From: Eledone cirrhosa
Lineage: Eukaryota
Length of the DNA stretch: 64,000 nt
Assembly: GCA_964016885.1 (NCBI GenBank)
Contig: OZ024756.1
Coordinates: forward strand, 21,886,001-21,950,000
Direction: 5' to 3'
Shown piece after piece: positions 12,929 to 26,388 of this stretch (positions are counted from its first letter, which is position 1; every line of letters starts with the position of its first letter). The position numbers and the translations under genes were made by a program. Under the pieces are notes generated by a model. That model ran no database searches and was not told the DNA's origin. It worked only from the letters and a program-made list of their open reading frames with translations.

Positions 12929-13306
12929 TATATATTATATATATATTAGAAGAAACAGGGACTGTGTAGTTGGTTGATAAGGTGTACTTATAAATAAGAA
13001 GAAAGCATGAACGGGAGAACATGTTCCTTCATCAGTTGTCTGTTGCAGGTCCTGGATATTTGTACGCATATATATATATATATATATTACATATATACAT
13101 ATATATATATATTTATATATATATTATCATAATTTCCATTTCTTCTTCTTTCCAATTCTCTTTATTCTTTGTCTCGTTCTGTTCACTCCACTTGTTCATC
13201 TGCCAGTCTATAAACAGATTCATTATTCCACTCCCAGTACATTCCATATTCTATATATTTTAATCTGTGTCTATAAGTGAGCATGTGTGCTTCTATACAT
13301 ATATAC

Positions 13307-13355
<49 letters not shown>

Positions 13356-13356
13356 C

Positions 13357-13448
<92 letters not shown>

Positions 13449-13450
<2 letters not shown>

Positions 13451-13610
13451 AAGGCGGGTAAAATTCCCGAGTTCCATGGACGAGTTCTCTCCAGCGGTCT
13501 CTGTCCCTCATTATCGCTGCCATATCCTTCATCTCCAACAGACCAGTGTCTGTCCTTAGGGCATCAACATATGTTAACCTTGGTCTTCCTCTTCTAGTGT
13601 GTCCATGGAC
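13449..13610 (-). mobile_element. RTE-clade LINE 3' fragment within (TA)n
   Basis: [45 protein letters not shown]...* matches an RTE ORF C-terminus; near-identical to the copy at 63044. Confidence 0.85.
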
Positions 13611-13611
13611 A

Positions 13612-13686
<75 letters not shown>

Positions 13687-13687
13687 G

Positions 13688-13755
<68 letters not shown>

Positions 13756-14095
13756 CAACCATATATATATATTTAGAGAGGGAGAGAGAGGCGTGTATGA
13801 GGATACGTGTGTGTGTGTGCCTGTGTATATGTGTGGGAGTATAGCTAGATGAAGCTGTGTTATTATTTATAGTTTCAAGGCAATGAAAAGATTTTCTTAT
13901 AAGCATTCCAATTTATTTTAGTGATACTTACTATCTGCAGTGTCATGACTACTACTACTGCTGCTACTACTACCACCATAGTTACTACTACTACTACATT
14001 GTAACCACAACACTCCCACCATTATATATATATAATTTGTGTGTATGTATCTATATATATTTTTATACAGACACATACACACACATATATCTGTT

Positions 14096-14169
<74 letters not shown>

Positions 14170-14260
14170 ATATAGAGAAACACACAGATACATGGAAGCA
14201 AGTTAGGTATGATATATCTTATTACTAATTATATCTAATGTTTCTTCTCTCTTCATAATG

Positions 14261-14341
<81 letters not shown>

Positions 14342-14389
14342 TATATATATAAATACATTATCGGAGAAAGCTTTTTTGCGATACCTCGG

Positions 14390-14437
<48 letters not shown>

Positions 14438-14541
14438 ATATCTATATATATATACATACGCATACATCTACACTCACACATACATGTATATATACATGTG
14501 TGTATATATATACATGTTTATATATATATATATATATATAT

Positions 14542-14730
14542 AATGAAGGAAATGTGGTAAGGAACCAGGTGGACCATAACGCACCAAAGTACTGAATACT
14601 TAGGGTAGTAGAGTGGGTAATAGGAACGAGTAGGACCCCGACGGCTGAGCTCAAGCCGTTTCGACGGCTAATTCTGGACTGAATTAGACGTCGAAACGGC
14701 TTGATCTCAGCCGTCGGGGTCCTACTCGTT

Positions 14731-14732
<2 letters not shown>
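14542..14732 (-). mobile_element. Family A fold-back element
   Basis: Same sequence and fold-back as 2183; TA flanks. Confidence 0.85.
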
Positions 14733-14783
<51 letters not shown>

Positions 14784-14785
<2 letters not shown>

Positions 14786-14858
14786 TGATTTACCGGTTTC
14801 GCAGTTCTTGTGCTTTTCAAGAGTAGAATTGAGATGGAGGGTTTGTGGTTTTTCTCGA
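14784..14858 (-). mobile_element. Family I fragment (degenerate U3-A8 hammerhead)
   Basis: Homologous to 30415-30562 and 62818-63027. Confidence 0.65.
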
Positions 14859-14886
14859 TATGTATATATATATATATATATATATA

Positions 14887-14961
14887 GGAACGAGTAGGAC
14901 CCCGACGGCTGAGATCAAGCCGTTTCGACGTCTAATTCAGTCCAGAATTAGCCGTCGAAAC
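14887..14961. mobile_element. Family A fragment (inverted copy of 14659-14732)
   Basis: Shares the diagnostic variants (gagatcaagc, gacgtctaattcagtcc) of the neighbouring copy in reverse complement. Confidence 0.75.
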
Positions 14962-15129
14962 GTCATTAACAAAAACACCATTTTCTCTACTGCATTAAAG
15001 CCATCGTCTCTGGCAACTCTGATGCCATCAATAACACCACCAGAACGATATCAAAATCCAACTAATTCCCTAATATCTCTGCAAACTAACACAAACTTAC
15101 CATCAACACCAACTCCACCATCTCCGCTT

Positions 15130-16655
15130 TCCCTCACCAACTAATCCATCAGATCCGCCATCATTACAAATATCACAACCCGCCACCACCACCACCACCA
15201 CCACCACCACCACGACCAACTAATCCATCAGCGCCGCCCGTCATCATTACAAATATCACAACCTCCCACCACCGCCACCACCACCACCACCACCACCACC
15301 ACGACTAACTATTCCATCAGCTCCGCCATCATTACAAATATCACAAACCACCGCCACCACCACCACCACCACCACGACGACTATCTATTCCATCAGCTCC
15401 GCCAAATCTCTCAATAAAAACTACACCACTCTCAACAACACCATTACAAACATTACAACCACCACCACCACCATTACCTTCACCGCGATCACCCTCACAG
15501 CCACCACCACCATCGCTGCCACCATCACCAACTATTCCATTGGCACCTCCAAATCTCTCAATAAAAACTACACCACTATCAACAACCTCATTACAACCAT
15601 CACCACGACCAGCACCAGCTCCACCACCAGCACCACCACCACCACCACCACCACTACCACCACCACCACCACGATTTCCCTCACCGCCACTACCACCACC
15701 GTCATGAACACTACCACCTATTCCACCACCAACACCACCATCACCACGACCACTACCCCGTATACCACCACCAACAACAACACTACCACCACCACCAACG
15801 ATACTGCCATCACGACCACCACTACCACCACCAACAACACTACCACCTATTCCACCACCAACACCACCATCACCACCACCACAACCCCCTATACCACCAC
15901 CACTACCCCCTATGCTACCACCACCACCAACAACACTACCACCTATTCCACCACCAACACCACCACCACTACCCCCTATACCACCACCAACAACACTACC
16001 ACATATTCCACCACCAACACCACCACCACCACCACCACCACCACCATCACAACCACCTATTCCACCACCAACACCACCACCACCATCAACACTACCACCT
16101 ATTCCACCCCATCAACACTACCACATATTCCACCAATAACACCTCCACCAACCACACCACTATTACTTATTCCACCACCACCACCTACTCCACTACCACC
16201 TACTCCACCACCACCACCACCACCACCATCAGCACTACCACCTATTCCACGCCATCAACACTACCACATATTCCACCAATAACACCTCCACCACCACCAA
16301 CCACATCACTATTACTTATTCCACCACCACCATCAACACTACCACCTACTCCACCTCCACCACCACCACCTATCCAGTACCACCATCAACACTACCACCT
16401 ACTCCACCACCACCACCACCTATTCACCACCATCAACACTACCACCTACTCCACCACCACCACCACCACCTATCCACCACCACCATCAACACTACCACAT
16501 ATTCCACCGCATCAACACTACCACATATTCCACCAATAACACCTCCACCAACCACACCACTATTACTTATTCCACCACGACCACCATCAGCACTACCACC
16601 TACTCCACTACCACCAACAACAACAACAACAAGAACAACACCACCAACACCACCC
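15130..16655. repeat. (ACC)n/(ACCACT)-rich compound minisatellite
   Basis: Higher-order repeats such as ccatcaacactaccacctattccacc. The Thr- and Pro-rich ORFs are by-products. Confidence 0.85.
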
Positions 16656-17082
16656 GCAAGACCATTTTCTTTAACATCTACGTCATCAAAACTAGCATCA
16701 CCAACCGACGTCTTCCATATCGTTTTTAACTGCCCCTACATCAATACATACAAGATTTATGGCGCTAAGATTCGGAACATCTTATCACACTTATTACAAC
16801 ATAATGTCAGTATATATGCTAAAAAGAAATCTTCTTTGTAGTGATTTTTTGGCGGGGAGGGGTATTCGTACAATTTTTTTCCTTCTTATTATCAAGAATA
16901 GTCTGCTGGAATTGCTATAAAACAAAAGACTTATTGTCTGTGTGATACTAAATAGTGTTTTATTTTATTTTTTTTTTGTGAAGCACTAATTTCAGTTAGA
17001 AATTTCATATAGAAGAGCGTACATGTATATTTGTATATTTTGTGTATTTTGAATTTCGACATATGGCGTTAAGGGAGGAGGT

Positions 17083-17134
<52 letters not shown>

Positions 17135-17228
17135 TAAGAAAGAAAGAAAGAAAGTAACGCCGTTGTGCTACCTTATATAGACATTTCAAAGAATTATTGG
17201 CACGTGAGGAATATTAGGATTATTTTGC

Positions 17229-17276
<48 letters not shown>

Positions 17277-17280
17277 ATAG

Positions 17281-17373
17281 GGAAATGGCTTCTACAGGAC
17301 TAGAACTGTTTCATTCGGGAGAAATGATCAGGAAGCCTTGGGCTTCCTAATGATTTCTCCCGAATGAAACAGT
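17281..17373. mobile_element. Family G fold-back element (degenerate hammerhead)
   Basis: Hairpin aactgtttcattcgggagaaat...atttctcccgaatgaaacagtt; homologous to 52623-52833. Confidence 0.7.
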
Positions 17374-17396
17374 TATATATATATATATATATATAT

Positions 17397-17588
17397 AACG
17401 AAAGAAATGTGGTAAGGAACCAGATGGACCATAACGCACCAGAGTACTCAATACTTAGGGTAGTAGAGTGGGTAATAGGAACGAGTAGGACCCCGACGGC
17501 TGAGTTCAAGCCGTTTCGACGGCTAATTCTGGACTAGAATTAGCCGTCGAAACGGCTTGAGCTCAGCCGTCGGGGTCCTACTCGTTCC
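17397..17588 (-). mobile_element. Family A fold-back element
   Basis: Near-perfect arms around loop ggact; TA flanks. Confidence 0.85.
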
Positions 17589-17599
17589 TATATATATAT

Positions 17600-17822
17600 C
17601 GACAGTCAATCAACTTTCGTCAAATCGGACCGAGGAGACAATGTTTCCGTTGGACTTTCCAATTGAAAATTCTCTCTATCGGTCGCAACTCCAGGTAGAA
17701 GAAGCACCGTGAAATAAAGTGTCTTGCTCAAGGACATAACGCATCGCTCGGTCCAGGAATCGAACTCACAACCTCATGATTGCGAATCTAATTCCCTTAC
17801 CACTCAGCTACGCGCTTTCACG
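17600..17822 (-). mobile_element. SINE family S2, full length
   Basis: Reverse complement of 53699-53920. Confidence 0.85.
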
Positions 17823-18005
17823 AAATATATATATATGTGTGTGAATGGATGTGTATAATTAGATAGGCCTGGATGTGTGTTAATATCTTTCTGTGAGTAT
17901 AAGTAATTATTATCTTGCTGAAAGTAGTGGAATAGTGCTAATAAATATTGCTAGTGTTCTCTAACTGTTGATCAACTTTAAGGTTGATTTCCATCTTAAA
18001 TTCTT

Positions 18006-18160
18006 CAAGTACACATCTTTATACCAGGCGTAACCACAAGTATACATCATTATACCAGACGCAATCCCAAGTATACATCTTTATACCAGGCGTAACCACA
18101 AGTATACATCATTATACCAGACGCAACCCCAAGTATACATCGTTATACCAGACGTAGCCA
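18006..18160 (+). repeat. Minisatellite, about 31-bp unit x5
   Basis: caagtatacatcwttataccagrcgyaaccm repeated with an alternating dimer pattern. Confidence 0.85.
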
Positions 18161-18179
18161 TGGAGCGAGTTCGGTAGAC

Positions 18180-18493
18180 ACGTATTTCATTTTTTTAATA
18201 AAAACTCGCAAAACATTCCGTCGGGGTTTAGGTAAGGGTTGGGAGTCAATAGGGATCAATAAGACAGAGAATATTGAGAATATCGATTCGATAAAACCGA
18301 CGGCAGGCAGGATAACATTTTTTAAAGGACATAATAAGACATTTGGGAGGAAAGGAAGAAGTTATTCTAAGACCAGATATCTTTTCCAACTGCTTGCAGT
18401 AGAGTTGACCCCATTGATGGCTTTTACAATCATACTTACTGCATCCGCAGTTTGAGAAGAACATCATCGAGTTTTTATTAGAAATGCAAGCGT
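18180..18493. mobile_element. Putative MITE-like element with imperfect inverted ends
   Basis: acgtatttcatttttttaataaaaactcg versus cgagtttttattagaaatgcaagcgt. Confidence 0.4.
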
Positions 18494-19169
18494 AATAGAT
18501 GTTAAGATAGCTCTAAAGTATTTCAACACTTCGAAATTAAAATCATATTTTGCCTCCTTTACTTTATTTTTTTTACATATTTTCTTCCGTTCTATCTTTT
18601 ATTTATTTATTTCGGTGATGCCAACGACATTTGAAAATACACGTATTTCTCTAACGCCACTGTTACACAGGTTTCTAGTGAGGGAAAAGGCATAATATAA
18701 ATAAGAGTGGATAATCCTTGTGGCATAATTGTTGTTAAGATTTCAGGCCAGCTTCATCCATGCACCTCTGAGTATTTCATACTTTCATTGAAGCCCAATA
18801 TATATATATATATCAGGAAATGCATTAGCCTATGTGGCTCTCCTATTTTCAGAGAGGTCGTGATAATTTGTAGAAGCTAAGGTTGTTATTCCTACCTCCG
18901 TCAGTGATTTGTTAGAGACTCCGCTATTGGCTAATTTTTAAATGTCTTTCTTCAAGCGTTGTAGTAGTCCCCCTCCCCTCGCGAATGCTGTATAATGTAA
19001 AGAAATAAGCACGTCTCCACACTCCAAACGGTGAATTAAAACTCTGCTACTCACAAGAATAGCTGAATTTAACCCGATAAGTTAAAGAAACACGTCAAAG
19101 TATTGTCCCATCTGTCTAAATTAGAATATCGTTTTTATCCTGTGTATTTACATATTAACAGCTAGCTGG

Positions 19170-19476
19170 ACAGGCGGAAGTTGATAGTTAAGTATATTGA
19201 GCATGAACATAATGAAATGTCGGTACGAGAATACGAACGGAAGAGCTCTCTAATGATTTTTCTACTATCCTATCCAATCTGACATGCCTATTCTGAATAA
19301 TAGACATCTTTCAAATTCTCTTACTGTAATCACTGGTCATAGAACATCGAATTCTCCCGGCGGAAATATGGAATGCATGGGTTTTTAGAGAGACTTTCTG
19401 TGCTTTTACAAATTAAACGTAGATACTTATTCATTTTCGGCAACTATGCTACAAAGAATGAAGACCAGAGGTAAGG
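19170..19476 (+). promoter_or_regulatory. Possible promoter / first exon (ETS-like GGAA motifs followed by a strong splice donor)
   Basis: GGCGGAAGT at 19173, CGGAAG at about 19238 and GGCGGAAAT at about 19359. ATG at 19446 (MLQRMKTR) is followed by GAG|GTAAGG at 19470/19471. No downstream exon was identified. Confidence 0.25.
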
Positions 19477-19896
19477 AAAAGAGGATTGAAAGTAAGAATG
19501 AGAGAATGAGAGAACGGAAATATTTTACGTGGTATCCTAACTGGTACTACTTGACAATGCATCAAACATTGGGAGAGTAAAATCACTAATGATTACGTGG
19601 CTGTTAAATGTTATTGCTGTTGTTATTGTTATTATACATACTAGGTTTTATATTCATATATTCCAGACTATTGATGTAAATGGAAAATACACTTTGATGT
19701 TAAGTCCTGAATTTAATCAAGCTATTCTAATTAGTATGGTTGAAATTATTAAATAGAAACTAATTACTATTATTAAATTTGAAGGATATTATTAATTATA
19801 TTATAATTGTCATTTTTCCTCATTATGGCCCTCATAATTCAATGATATGATTATTGTTGATAGTTATTCATTCATCTTTATTATTAAACATTGTAG

Positions 19897-20640
19897 GGCG
19901 GTGAATTGGGCAGTATCGGTAGAGAGTACGACGCCATGCTTTGCAGCATAGAGTTAAGGCCCTTTACATCATAGTGATGGCCTTGTGCCTATATAAGAAA
20001 TGATTAACAATTATTATTATGGTGGATTGGCAGTATCGGTAGAGGGTCGGACGCCATGCTTTGACGCATAGAGTTACGGCCCTTGCCATTCTGAGTTCAA
20101 ATCCCGCCGAGGTTAACTTTTCCTTTCATCCTTACGGGGTCGATAAAATAAAGTACCAGTAATACACTGGGTAATTTGCTGGCCTTGTGCCAAAAGTAGA
20201 AATAATTATTATATCCAGGGCTGTGGATTGGCAGTAACAGTAGAGGGTGGAGGCCATGCTTTGTGGCATAGAGTTACGGCCTTTTATGATCTGAGTTCAA
20301 ATCCCGCCGAGGTTAACTTTGCCTTTCCTCCTTATGGGGTCGATAAAATAAAGTACCAGTTACGCACTGGGGTTGATTTAATCGACTTTCCCCTCCGCCC
20401 AAATTGCTGGCCTTGTGCCTATATAAGAAACTATTATTACATCCAGGGTTGTGGATTGGCAGAATAGGTAGAGGGTCGGACGCCATGCTTTGCCGCATAG
20501 AGTTATGGCCCTTTACGGTCTGATTTCAAATCCCGCCGCGGTTAACTTTGCCTTTCTTCCTTACGGGGTCGATAAAATAAAATACCAGTAATACACTGAG
20601 ATAATTGCTGGCCTTGTGCCAAAAGTAGAAACAATTATAA
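19897..20640 (+). mobile_element. Tandem array of S1 SINEs (one internally deleted plus three full copies)
   Basis: Repeated tggattggcagta..gtagagggtcggacgccatgctttg heads with S1 bodies, head-to-tail. Confidence 0.9.
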
Positions 20641-21151
20641 TTATAACTCATTGTTTAGAAGGGTTTGTATAGAAGAGTTGATAGAAAGTAACCTGTATTG
20701 ATTTTGAATATTAAAAAGAGTTAACTAACTTTGTTTTCTTGATTCAAATCCAATCACAGTTAAATCTTCCCTACATGATTTTGTATTGATTGAATACATT
20801 AAGTTGGGGACCAGATCGAATGAATTTGTAATTGATTTTTACTGACTGTAGTTTATGTAACTAAATACTAATCGGTTAACCAGTTAAACAATAATGATTT
20901 AACCTCAAACCGTAAAAGCAATAGGCTAATCCTTTCTGTTCTATGTTTTGCGTACATTGCCAGGAATCGTAGACAAAAATAATAGAAATACAAATAGCGA
21001 TAAAATTGTTATCTATCTGTCATACGGTGGACAAACATTTAATTCTTTCATTTATAAATATTTATGTACACACTTTGTTAAACGGGGTTTAACGGATATC
21101 TAAATATATATATATATATGTATGTATACGTACACACACACACACGCACAC

Positions 21152-21240
<89 letters not shown>

Positions 21241-21257
21241 ATATATATATATATATC

Positions 21258-21459
21258 TAAGGGCGAGTGTTTACTCATTCATTACGTTTATTGGTTAGCG
21301 ACGCACGTTTCGCTACTGATCAGGTCAAGGTTCGATCTGTATCGATCTGGCCCGACTCTGGAAACAAAAGCTCGTCGGACCTCTGTAGTAGTAATGATCA
21401 GTAGTGAAACGCGCGTCACCAACCAATAAACGGAATGAAGGAGTAACCATTTGTCCTTA
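21258..21459. mobile_element. Family F fold-back element
   Basis: Diverged inverted arms (21258-21321 and 21396-21459), each with a GAAACGYGCGTC half-hammerhead plus CAATAAA. Confidence 0.7.
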
Positions 21460-21476
21460 TATTATTATATTACACT

Positions 21477-21582
21477 CCCGCCGAGGTTAACTTTGCCTTT
21501 CATCCTTACGGGGTCGATAAAATAAAGTACCAGTAATGCACTGGGTAATTGCTGGCCTTGTGCCAAACGTAGAAACAATTAT
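21477..21582 (+). mobile_element. SINE family S1, 5'-truncated
   Basis: S1 body. Confidence 0.85.
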
Positions 21583-22583
21583 TATATTACATTCTGTCTA
21601 GCTCTACACCTCGATACTGATATGAACCACCTAAACGTCGAGTACTCACCCGGGTGAACCTACAGTAACTCCGCATTACACTCCCTGGTTATATAATATA
21701 TATACCGGCTTATGTGTTAGTTTCGAGCGAAAAGGTTATTTACATAAATATGAAATTTCTTTTTGAAAGAATAATAATAATAAAAAAAAGTAATAAAAAA
21801 ATGATACTGAAACAAAGTAAAAAATATAATTTTCAAGCATCCGGAAATCTTTTGGCAGTAAATAATTTTGGTGTTTTAGAACAGTTTTTCCTGTTATTGA
21901 TTCTAATGCAAGAGAAAATATCAAGGCCATATAGTTCTTTCTTAAATATTTGGTGCGGGGGAGGGTGGCACTTTTTTTGCATATTTTATAGCAAATTCTT
22001 TAAGAAATTGAATGAAAAGAAAAATATTAAAAATAGAGGAAAAAAAACAAAACAATTATGTCTTCGGAATTAAAACAATACTCCGTTATAAATCTGAAGA
22101 ATTTGCTAACAAGGAAAACTATTACTATTGTTATTGTTGTTGTTTTCTGTATGTATTTTGCGTTTTTAATAATAAATTGAAAAAAAAAAGGCAAGAGAAA
22201 GTAAATAAAAATGATGTATACTGTTTTCAAATGCAGATACGTGTCGTATCTGAATCTAATCTGCTCACATAGATGTGCATGTTCTTGCGTGCATACATGC
22301 ATACATGCATACATGCATGCATGTATGTATGGATATATACATATGTAGGTATAAATATGTATATATGTATGTATCTATATGTATATATGTATGTATAAAT
22401 ATGTATATATGTATATACAAATGTGTATATGTAGGTATAAATATGTATGTATATATATATATATATATATATATTTATTTACATATATATATATATATAT
22501 ATTTATTTACATATATATATATATATTTATTTACATATATATATATATATATATTTATTTACATATATATATATATATATATA

Positions 22584-22616
<33 letters not shown>

Positions 22617-22626
22617 TTATTTATAT

Positions 22627-23240
22627 ATATTGTTATACTTTGGGAGGGTCATGTTGCCAATAAGAAACACACGCACCAGTTGCTTTCACTTCAATTTAAT
22701 TTAATATATATTTATAAATTTACAAATTTATAAATTTCTGGTTGGTTGGTTGGTTCCACAACCAGATAGTTGTTTATATATATATAGTCATAGTTCTTTC
22801 GTCACACACTCTGTGACCTCTTCAGTGACTGGGGATTTCTTTCTTCGTTTCTGTGCCTTTCCTTTCTTCTATCCGGATGTGGCGCATGCGCAAACTGAGC
22901 ACGCAACCCACACACAAACAAAATGGCGTAGGATAGAAGAAAGGAAAGGCACAGAAACGAAGAAAGAAATCCCCAGTCACTGAAGAGGTCACAGAGTGTG
23001 TGACGAAAGAACTATGACTATATATATATAAACAACTATCTGGTTGTGGAACCAACCAACCAACCAGAAATTTATAAATTTGTAAATTTATAAATATATA
23101 TTAAATTAAATTGAAGTGAAAGCAACTGGTGCGTGTGTTTCTTATTGGCAACATGACCCTCCCAAAGTATAACAATATCGGTTTCAACACACGATTTCAG
23201 ATAAAGAATCTTGCGTAAACAAATTCAGAATCGAATATTT
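22627..23240 (+). mobile_element. Family B PLE-like element with a perfect 248-bp inverted repeat
   Basis: Arms 22627-22874 and 22931-23178 with a 56-bp spacer. Homologues at 32106, 45425, 39314 and 54224. Confidence 0.9.
22975..23019 (+). ncRNA. Minimal type I hammerhead ribozyme (mirrored copy at 22786-22830 on -)
   Basis: AGUCA-CUGAAGAG-GUCAC-agagugu-GUGAC-GAAAG-aa-CUA|UGACU. Confidence 0.8.
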
Positions 23241-23353
23241 GAGAGTATGATTGAGTGTGTGTGTTGGGTGGGTATGTGAGTGTTGAGTGGGACATTAATA
23301 TAGTGATTTACATATATATATATATTTACATATATATATATATATTTATTTAC

Positions 23354-23414
<61 letters not shown>

Positions 23415-23469
23415 TATTTACATATATATATATATTTACACACACACACATACACACACACACACACAA

Positions 23470-23511
<42 letters not shown>

Positions 23512-24249
23512 TTACATATTTATATATATACATGAACGAATGGGCATACACACAGTGAGAATAATAGTAATAATGAAACCGCTAAGAGTATTGCATGAAA
23601 AAATGTATGTTTGTTTATAAAGTCAATTTTTGTACCAAGACATTTTACCGGAATGATTGAAATATTTAAAAAAAAAAAAAATTCAAAAAATAAAAAAAAG
23701 TAAACAATAAAAACAAATAAAATAAATAAATAAATAAATAAATTATAGAGTACAAAAGAAAAACAGAATGAAAGAAAGAAAGGACGATGATTATCAAGTC
23801 TCCACAAAAATAAAAATAAAAAGAACGTTGCAAAAATGCAACTAAAATTTGATGAAATTCCTAAAATTTAAAGAATTACGTTTTGAAATTCTTCCATTTA
23901 TATCTTGATTTAACAGTATTCATATTTTATTTCAATTAGTAAAATGTTTATTTATTTTTCTCAAAACATATTTTGAATAATTTTCAAACAATGTTCTTTT
24001 TCGTTCTTTAAACACCAGAACTTTGCCTATCACAATTGAAAGTATTATAAAGTACCAGTAATGCACTGGTTATTTGCTGGCCTTGTGCCTAAAGTAGAAA
24101 CAATTATAACATCAAAAACGGAATGATAATATTTTTCTTTACATAAAACATATTTTCCATAAACATTTAGATCAGTTACACTCTGATCCGGAATGCTCAA
24201 AACTTCGAGGTCACTTGTTAATTCGTTACATTATTATGAAGTGCAGAAT

Positions 24250-25330
24250 AGAGTTACAACCCTTTATGATTCAAATCCCGCCGGGCTTAACTTTGCCTTT
24301 CATCCTTACGGGGTCGATAAAATAAAGTACCAGTAATGTACTGGGTAATTGCTGGCCTTGTGCCAAAAGTAGAAACAATTATTATGAACGACGGTGGATT
24401 AGCAGTATTGGTAGAGCGTGAGGCACCATGCTTTGTAGCATAGAGATATGGCCCTTTATGTTCTGAGTTCAAATTCCGCTGAGGTTAACTTTGCCTTTCA
24501 TCCTTACGGGGTCGATAAAATAAAGTACCAGTAATGCACTGGGTAATTGCTGGCCTTGTGCCAAAAGTAGAAACAATTATTATGAACGACGGTGGATTAG
24601 CAGTATTGGTAGAGCGTGAGGCACCATGCTTTGTAGCATAGAGATATGGCCCTTTATGTTCTGAGTTCAAATTCCGCTGAGGTTAACTTTGCCTTTCATC
24701 CTTACGGGGTCGATAAAATAAAGTACCAGTAATGTGCTGGGTAATTGCTGGCCTTGTGCCAAAAGTAGAAATAATTATTATGAAGGGGCGATGGTTTGAC
24801 ATCGGGACAAAATGCTTCGTAGCATAAAGTTACGACCCTTTACGTTCTGAGTTCAAATCCAATCGAGTTCATCATTACGGGGTCGATAAAATAAAGCACC
24901 AGTAACGTACAGGGGACGATTAATCGACTATCGACTTCCCCCCAATTACTGGCCTTGTGCCTGTACTAGAAATCATTATTATGATTGGCAGTATCGGTAG
25001 AGAGTCGGACGCCATGCTTTGACGCATAGAGTTACGGCCCTTGCCATTCTGAGTTCAAATCCCGCCGAGGTTAACTTTGCCTTTCATCGGTCGATAAAAC
25101 AAAGTACCAGTAATGCACTGGGTAATTGCTGGCCTTGTGCCTAAAATAGAAACAATTATTATGAAGGGCAGGGAATTAACAGTATTGGTAGAGTGTCAGA
25201 CACCATGCTTTGTAGCATAGAGTTGTGGCCCTTTGCGTTCTGAGTTCAAATCCGCCGAGGTTAACTTTGCCTTTCATCCTTACAAGGTCGATAAAATAAA
25301 GTACCAGTGGTGCACTGGGGGTGACGCTGG
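24250..25330 (+). mobile_element. Tandem array of about 6 S1 SINEs including near-identical 198-bp units
   Basis: The ORF track shows an almost identical peptide at 24287 and 24485 (198-bp period); head-to-tail S1 units follow. Confidence 0.9.
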
Positions 25331-25644
25331 CCGTGTGCCAAAAGTAGATACACTATTATTGTTATTGCTGTTTTACAGCAACTTCTACATTAAATATAAA
25401 CTTTTAATTGTTGTTATTAGTCTTGAGGTATCCGGTATCTTGTGGTTTGCTTTGCTAAGTTTATTATTTGCAGTAACAATTACATCGTTAGCAACGTCAA
25501 ACAAAACCATTAGCAATAATAACAAAAACAAACATATTATTTTCAATAGCAGCGACCGTTTATATTTTTTAAATTTCACATAAGGGAAAACGAAAATACA
25601 GCATAGTGATAATTACTAATATATATATACACCCACATCTCTCC

Positions 25645-25685
<41 letters not shown>

Positions 25686-25873
25686 GGAAAACGTATGACC
25701 CCCGACGGAAGAGCTCAAGCCGTTTCGACGGCTATTTCTGTCCAGATATAGCCGTCGAAACGGCTTGAGCTCTACCGTCGGGGTCATACTTTTTCCTATC
25801 TCCCACTCTACTACCCTAAGTATTGAGTACTCTGTGGCGTGATGGTCCATCTGGTTCCTTACCACAATTCCTT

Positions 25874-25878
<5 letters not shown>
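25686..25878 (+). mobile_element. Family A fold-back element (subfamily variant)
   Basis: ggaaaacgtatgacccccgacgg...ccgtcggggtcatactttttcc plus the family A tail. Confidence 0.85.
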
Positions 25879-25945
<67 letters not shown>

Positions 25946-26269
25946 TTCTGTGTTTCTATGGGTGTGTGTGTGTTTCTGTGTGTCTGTGTGTGTGTATGAT
26001 TATGTGTGTGCGTGTGTGTACGTGTTTCTGTGTGTGTGTGAGTGTGTTTCTGTGTATACATATGTATGTGTGCATATACATATATATGTGTGTGTATACA
26101 TATATAGTGTATATATACATGTGTGTATATATACATATATGTATGTGTGCATAAATGTATATGTAGTTATATAATGTATGTCTGTATATATGTATATGTA
26201 GCTATATGTATATATATGTGTGTATATACATATATGTATGTGTGTATATATGTATATGTAGTTATATGT

Positions 26270-26388
<119 letters not shown>

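Noticed and set aside
15704-16282. Mucin-like Thr-rich and Pro-rich ORFs
   Set aside because: They arise from an ACC-rich minisatellite open in several frames, with no signal peptide or splice support.
18006-18160. CRISPR-like repeat of about 31 bp
   Set aside because: Units are contiguous with no unique spacers, there are no cas genes, and the context is eukaryotic.
18246-18467. Cys-rich 73-aa ORF
   Set aside because: It lies within a putative MITE, with no recognisable domain or splice context.
22627-23178. Fold-backs as sequencing or assembly chimeras, or as classical MITEs
   Set aside because: Most other fold-backs have diverged arms, family-specific fixed ends, asymmetric tails and variable fold points. 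An artefact cannot be excluded for this single perfect copy without reads.
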